From: a bacterium | GTDB lineage: Bacteria > Patescibacteriota > UBA1384 > CAILIB01 | DNA length: 64,000 nucleotides | Assembly (NCBI GenBank): GCA_037131105.1 | Contig: JBAXRQ010000001.1 | Location: 130,039 to 194,038 of the forward strand | Direction: 5' to 3' | In this document: positions 59,581-64,000 of the stretch, piece by piece | Layout: each line of letters opens with the position of its first letter | Numbering within the stretch: position 1 is the first letter of the stretch | Program-made: the position numbers and the translations under genes | The notes under the pieces: generated by a model | Told to the model about the DNA's origin: nothing | Database searches by the model: none | Seen by the model: the letters and a program-made list of their open reading frames with translations, nothing else

Positions 59581-60852
59581 TCAGGTTAGCCCCTTACTGA
59601 CAAGCGACGGATTGCGGTCCTTGAGCCTACCAAACCCGAGCTCCTCCTTGGCCACCTTCTTATCTAGCCGCACCACGTTTCCCATCTGGATGGCCTGAAA
59701 CCCGTAATGCCCCCGGATGTCCTCCAGCGCCTTGCTAATCTGCTCATGCCTCGGTCGCTGCTGGAAAAGGTCCAGCTGCAGGCCATCCGTGATACTTAAC
59801 CCGTTAAACCCCATGCTTACCTGACGAATGGCCCCTAGTAAGGGCCGGGGAAACGCCTCGAGCATCTGCCGCAGCGCCCCTAGTAGGGCCGGATAGCTAT
59901 CGCAGGGGCTGTCTAGCTTGATCTCGGCACTGAGCGAGGCGGCTCCTGATAGACGTAGGTAGAGCCAGACCGACCGGCAGCGTAGTCCGTTGCGTCGCAA
60001 CCTGTGTACCAACCTGTCGGCCATCCGGCTTATGATCGGCCAGACCGCCTCAAAGTCGTAGAGCCAGTGAGTGAGCACGTGTTGGTGGCTCATATTCTTG
60101 ATCAGTCGTTCTTCTCCAGGGTCCGCCTCGTAGCCGTGCAGGCGCCACCACCAGTAGCGCCCGAAGATACCCAGGTTGGCCTGGAGGAACTCGGGGGTGG
60201 AGGAGTATAGATCAAGTGGGGTACTGATCCCAATGAGGGCGAGGCGAGCGGCGTTTCGGGTGGCAATACCAGGTAGGTCAGTCAGCTCTAGCCGTCCGAG
60301 CACCTCCTCGAGATTGGCCAGGTTAATCTCGGTCAGGCCATCAGGCTTCTGCAGGTTGCTGGCCACTTTTCCCAGCAGGGAGTTGGGAGCGATGCCGATA
60401 GAGCACTTGATATACTCGCCGAGCTCATTCCTAAAGCGCTCCTTGATGTCGCGGGCCACTTCCCAGGCAGTCTCGGAATCGGCCCAGTTCGGCGAGAGAA
60501 ATATAGCGGCCTCATCTATGCTCTTGGCGAATACCTCGGGTCCACAGCGATCCCGCAGGATATCCATGAATTTGTAGTGCACCTCTTTGTAAAGGCCGGG
60601 CGTAGTCTCAGTAACGGCTAGTCCGGGGCACATCATGCGGGCGTCACCTAGCCTTGTACCTGTTTTCACTCCGAAGGCCTTGGCGGCGTATGAGGCGGCC
60701 AGCACGGTACCACGGGGGGCATCGTGCGAGACTACTGCCAAGGGGTGGTCGCGTAGCTCCGGCCGGTACTGCTGCTCTACGCTGGCGAAGAACGAGTTCA
60801 TATCTAAGAAGATGACCCGGGCGTCCTTCACTTCGCGTAACGATCCAAGCAT
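59581..60852 (-). CDS. dinB: Y-family DNA polymerase IV
   Basis: DMNSFFASVEQ, AASY.AK..GVK, SIDE, K.AS...KPDG, QLDLF clamp-binding motif. Confidence 0.92.
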   Translation of the reverse strand: MLGSLREVKDARVIFLDMNSFFASVEQQYRPELRDHPLAVVSHDAPRGTVLAASYAAKAFGVKTGTRLGDARMMCPGLAVTETTPGLYKEVHYKFMDILRDRCGPEVFAKSIDEAAIFLSPNWADSETAWEVARDIKERFRNELGEYIKCSIGIAPNSLLGKVASNLQKPDGLTEINLANLEEVLGRLELTDLPGIATRNAARLALIGISTPLDLYSSTPEFLQANLGIFGRYWWWRLHGYEADPGEERLIKNMSHQHVLTHWLYDFEAVWPIISRMADRLVHRLRRNGLRCRSVWLYLRLSGAASLSAEIKLDSPCDSYPALLGALRQMLEAFPRPLLGAIRQVSMGFNGLSITDGLQLDLFQQRPRHEQISKALEDIRGHYGFQAIQMGNVVRLDKKVAKEELGFGRLKDRNPSLVSKGLT

Positions 60853-60883
60853 AAACAGGGGAAGCTAGAGATTAGCCTCCCCT

Positions 60884-60912
60884 GTTATACCAAACAAAAA
60901 CCGAACTAGCAA
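60884..60912 (-). promoter_or_regulatory. dinB promoter with a GTTC-N7-GTTT operator-like repeat in the spacer
   Basis: TTGCTA-GTTCGGTTTTTGTTTGG(17 nt)-TATAAC. Confidence 0.55.
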
Positions 60913-60928
60913 TAGATCCGCTAGTCTC

Positions 60929-61282
60929 TTAAGCAGGTAGCTTGGAAAGTCCGCTCTGGAGGAGATTTTCCAGCTCGGTAGCGGGGATAAGGCCGATACG
61001 CTGGTCAACCGGCTCGCCGCCGATAAAGGCCTTAAACGTGGGGATGGAAAGAACCTGAAATTTCTGGGAAAGTTCAGGCTGCGCGTCTACGTCGATTTCG
61101 ACGATTTTCACCTTGTCGTTGTCGGCGTACTTCTCAGCCAAGGCGGCGATACGGGGAGCCATGGCCCGGCAGGGACCGCACCAGGTGGCCCAGAAGTCGA
61201 CCAGGACGACGCCGTCAAACTTCACTACTTCTTCTTCAAAATTGTCTACGGTCACGTCGATGCGGTGGCTGGACTCGTCCAT
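60929..61282 (-). CDS. trxA: Thioredoxin
   Basis: DFWATWCGPC, SIPT. Confidence 0.96.
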   Translation of the reverse strand: MDESSHRIDVTVDNFEEEVVKFDGVVLVDFWATWCGPCRAMAPRIAALAEKYADNDKVKIVEIDVDAQPELSQKFQVLSIPTFKAFIGGEPVDQRIGLIPATELENLLQSGLSKLPA

Positions 61283-61329
61283 GGGGAGTAACTTACCGGT
61301 AGGTACTTCCCAGTATATCGGGCAAAAAC

Positions 61330-61674
61330 TTAGGACACAAGGAACTGCAGGAAGCCGTACTGGGCGGGGGTAAGAAGGTTCTCCATCTCCAGGGTAAGGT
61401 CCTCAACCTCGTCCTCAGGAATTTCTGAATCGTACATGTGAATAAGCTCGTGGAGCAGGGTAGCGGCACGCTCCTCACGGGTAAGCTCGGTGGCCAGGCC
61501 GATGACGTTCTGGTCGGGCATGATAAGTCCCATGATATCGCTGTGCACGTGGCGCTTTACTTCGGCAGGGGCGTCAAGTGACATCCCTTCCAGGCGATGA
61601 CGGGGAAGGAAGCGGATCTCATAACCGGAATCAACGAAGGTTTTCTTAAGCTGGGCGAAGGTTGGCTGGTTCAT
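61330..61674 (-). CDS. Small ImmA/IrrE-like HExxH metallopeptidase
   Basis: I.L...LT.EER..TLLHELIH, followed by E.EVE. Confidence 0.65.
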   Translation of the reverse strand: MNQPTFAQLKKTFVDSGYEIRFLPRHRLEGMSLDAPAEVKRHVHSDIMGLIMPDQNVIGLATELTREERAATLLHELIHMYDSEIPEDEVEDLTLEMENLLTPAQYGFLQFLVS

Positions 61675-61706
61675 ATACTTTTTTATTTGTTTTTCGAAAT
61701 TAAATT

Positions 61707-61735
61707 AGTATACGTGAGAATCGCCTCCCTGTCAA
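61707..61735 (-). promoter_or_regulatory. Near-consensus sigma70 promoter
   Basis: TTGACA-17nt-TATACT on the minus strand. Confidence 0.75.
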
Positions 61736-61844
61736 TCAGGTTAGAAGACGACGATAATGAAAAACAGCTCTGCTGGCGTATTCTTGACTCAAGCTTCTGG
61801 ACAGAGTAAGGTGCAGCTAGACGACTACAAGGAGGTCGATAAGT

Positions 61845-62207
61845 ATGAATGTACAGGCAAATATCGCGGCGGTGGGAATGCTCTCGTTCCTTTTCGTCAG
61901 CGGGATTTATTACCTGTTCCTGGGTATGCGAGTACCCGAGGAAAAGAATCCGGTGAGGGATGATGACAAAAAGTTGGCAAAGGTTGCTCAGTTAAGTAGC
62001 GGGCTCAGCCTGCCTTGCGGGGTCGCGACAGTATTGTTTAGACAGTGGTCGCCCTGGCTGATGCTGGCCGTGCCTATACTGGCAGTAGTTGTCTCTTATC
62101 TTGCGATAGAGACCGGACGGTATCTGAAGGTCAAGTCTGATCAAAAGAGGGTGAACCAGAGTCGGCAGGGGCTCATTGCCGAGCGAATAAAAAAGCAAAT
62201 TGGTTGA
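61845..62207 (+). CDS. Hypothetical membrane protein
   Basis: Three hydrophobic segments; terminator downstream. Confidence 0.55.
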   Translation: MNVQANIAAVGMLSFLFVSGIYYLFLGMRVPEEKNPVRDDDKKLAKVAQLSSGLSLPCGVATVLFRQWSPWLMLAVPILAVVVSYLAIETGRYLKVKSDQKRVNQSRQGLIAERIKKQIG

Positions 62208-62221
62208 TGGAGAAAACACCC

Positions 62222-62254
62222 AAAGAGGGCCGCACGGCATATGCGGCCCTCTTT
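62222..62254. terminator. Bidirectional terminator
   Basis: AAAGAGGGCCGCA-CGGCATA-TGCGGCCCTCTTT between convergent genes. Confidence 0.8.
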
Positions 62255-62343
62255 CAAATTATGAGTTCGATATAGTCAGAGCTGGTGACTGTTGTGTAGT
62301 TGGGGTAGGGGACCGGTCTCGTTATAGTCGCGGATGACGATGC

Positions 62344-62877
62344 TCATATCGCTGATGGGAGGGCAGCCAGTACTTCTTCCAGCAGCCGATGAGGCGGCAT
62401 TTTCTTGAGGGTAAGTAGCTTTACACCTTTTTCGGCGCAAAGAGATCTTAGGGTGCGCTTCTTCTTACGTCGGTCATAGCTGAGAGTCCACTTTATATAG
62501 TCCAGCTTTAGTCGCTCAGGCTTGGCGCCGTCCGGGATAGTGTTAGGTAGCTGGCCGCCTCGTCTCCTTCTTTGCAGAACTCTCGGAAAGGTATAGATCC
62601 GGCTTACATCGAGAAACACCACGAGAGTTGAACGGTCGATGCGTTCGGGAATAGCGTTCTTGTAGACCCCGTCGATGACCCACTGGTCGCCAGCGATGAG
62701 TCGGGCGTGTGCCTTTTGGTATTCCTCGAGGGGGAGTTTCTCGAAATTGCCGTTAAGGAGTTCCCGGTCCAGGTGGTGGACAGGGATGTGCAGTGCTTCC
62801 CCCAGGGCAATGGCCAGGGTACTCTTGCCGCTGCCAGAGTTTCCGATAACGCTGATACGGGGTCCAACGGTGGACAT
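62344..62877 (-). CDS. P-loop kinase (FlaR/adenylate kinase-like)
   Basis: GNSGSGKST, HLD, WVIDG.Y. Confidence 0.85.
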   Translation of the reverse strand: MSTVGPRISVIGNSGSGKSTLAIALGEALHIPVHHLDRELLNGNFEKLPLEEYQKAHARLIAGDQWVIDGVYKNAIPERIDRSTLVVFLDVSRIYTFPRVLQRRRRGGQLPNTIPDGAKPERLKLDYIKWTLSYDRRKKKRTLRSLCAEKGVKLLTLKKMPPHRLLEEVLAALPSAI

Positions 62878-62952
62878 GGCTGTGAGGTGGGATATAAACA
62901 GGCTTCATATGTAATGCTATAGTAGTCATACCTACCTGTAAACGCCTGTTTC

Positions 62953-63537
62953 ATGCCACACGAAGTCACTTCTCCAAATCCCGGCGAGCTGAAGGGTATC
63001 TCCGCCAAGACCAATGAGATCCACCACGACAAGCTCTACGCCGGCTACGTCACTAAGCGTAACGAGGTCGAGGCCAAGATGGCTGAGATCGACCTTGCCT
63101 CGGCAAACCAGATCTACTCCCAGTGGCGCGGTCTGAAAGAAGGGGAGACCTTCGCCGCCAATGGCATGATCCTCCATGAGGTCTTCTTCGACATCCTGGG
63201 CGGGGACGGGGACGCCTCTGGAACCAAGATAAAGGAGGCTATCGAGGGACAGTGGGGGAGTTGGCAGCGCTTCGTCGACGAGTTCACCGCCACCGCGATG
63301 GGGGCGAGGGGATGGGCGATACTGGCCTATGACCCATCTGACAAGAAGCTGCATATTTTCGCCGCCGACGCCCAGAACCAGGGCGGGGTGTGGGGGAGTA
63401 CTCCCCTCCTCCCATGCGACGTTTACGAGCATGCCTATTTCATCGATTTCGGCTCGGACCGCAAGGCCTACGTCGCCGCGTTTTTACAAAATGTAGAGTG
63501 GGGGAGGGTAGAGGAACGGTATCAAAAAGTGGCCTGA
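62953..63537 (+). CDS. Fe/Mn superoxide dismutase
   Basis: HHDKLY.GY, LHE.FF, DVYEHAY. Confidence 0.93.
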   Translation: MPHEVTSPNPGELKGISAKTNEIHHDKLYAGYVTKRNEVEAKMAEIDLASANQIYSQWRGLKEGETFAANGMILHEVFFDILGGDGDASGTKIKEAIEGQWGSWQRFVDEFTATAMGARGWAILAYDPSDKKLHIFAADAQNQGGVWGSTPLLPCDVYEHAYFIDFGSDRKAYVAAFLQNVEWGRVEERYQKVA

Positions 63538-63700
63538 TTCCCCTACTGTCCCCTTTCTAAATCGAGTAGAGGACAGTATAGTGGTGTGTGTGGGCTAAAC
63601 AAGACGGGACTCCCCACTACTCGCTTATTGTGTGGTTAGCGTGTCCCCGGCGGTTTTTTCAAAATTACCACTCCCCTGCTAATTTCTCATTTTTTTTCGG

Positions 63701-64000
63701 ATGAACGACGATATTATTGTCTATGACATTGAGACCCAGGAAACCTTCGCTGACGTAGGTTCACGTGACCCCAAGAAGCTACATATATCGGTAATAGGAG
63801 CCTATTCCTATAAGGATAATGAGTTTATGAGCTACACGGAAGACGAGCTTCCCCTCTTCTGGCGGCGTCTCGAGCAGTGCGACATGATCGTGGGTTTCAA
63901 CAACAAGGGCTTCGATGACCAGGTCTGTGCAGCCTACTTTCCTGAGATCACCAAGGTGTACAGCTTTGATATCCTGGCTGAGGTGTATAAGAACCTGGGA
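63701..64000 (+). CDS. RNase H-like (YprB/DEDD) exonuclease domain protein (partial)
   Basis: Manual translation MNDDIIVYDIETQ...IVGFNNKGFD...SFDIL; runs off the window. Confidence 0.8.
   Translation, partial: MNDDIIVYDIETQETFADVGSRDPKKLHISVIGAYSYKDNEFMSYTEDELPLFWRRLEQCDMIVGFNNKGFDDQVCAAYFPEITKVYSFDILAEVYKNLG

Overview
About 64 kb of a reduced bacterial genome. The gene content points to Patescibacteria/CPR (inference): short PolA and ValS, MurE plus FemABX, many orphan single-pass membrane proteins, and cohesin/dockerin and DUF916-like surface proteins. Ordinary genes include guaB, phosphomannomutase, rpsT, polA, murE, valS, trxB, ruvA, maf, rpoD, dnaG, dinB, trxA, sod, tRNA-Glu(CTC) and tRNA-Ser(GGA). 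The standout is an F-type ATPase operon (5884-15648, minus strand) with no subunit a gene. Its only c-subunit is the C-terminal 72 aa of a 689-aa secreted multi-Ig-domain protein, and the essential proton-binding carboxylate (E. coli Asp61) is replaced by Ala, while the F1 catalytic motifs are intact. This suggests an ATP-driven rotary device carrying extracellular Ig domains rather than an ATP synthase. A WxL/DUF916-like fibre plus cohesin-dockerin surface cluster lies directly downstream. Other items: a GT2-HlyD-GH81 putative beta-glucan locus, repeat scars at the tRNA 3' ends, REP-like intergenic elements, a structured leader before rpoD, a Cx5C-repeat surface protein, a candidate operator in the dinB promoter, and a frameshifted NUDIX gene. 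All calls come from reading motifs by eye; no database searches were run.
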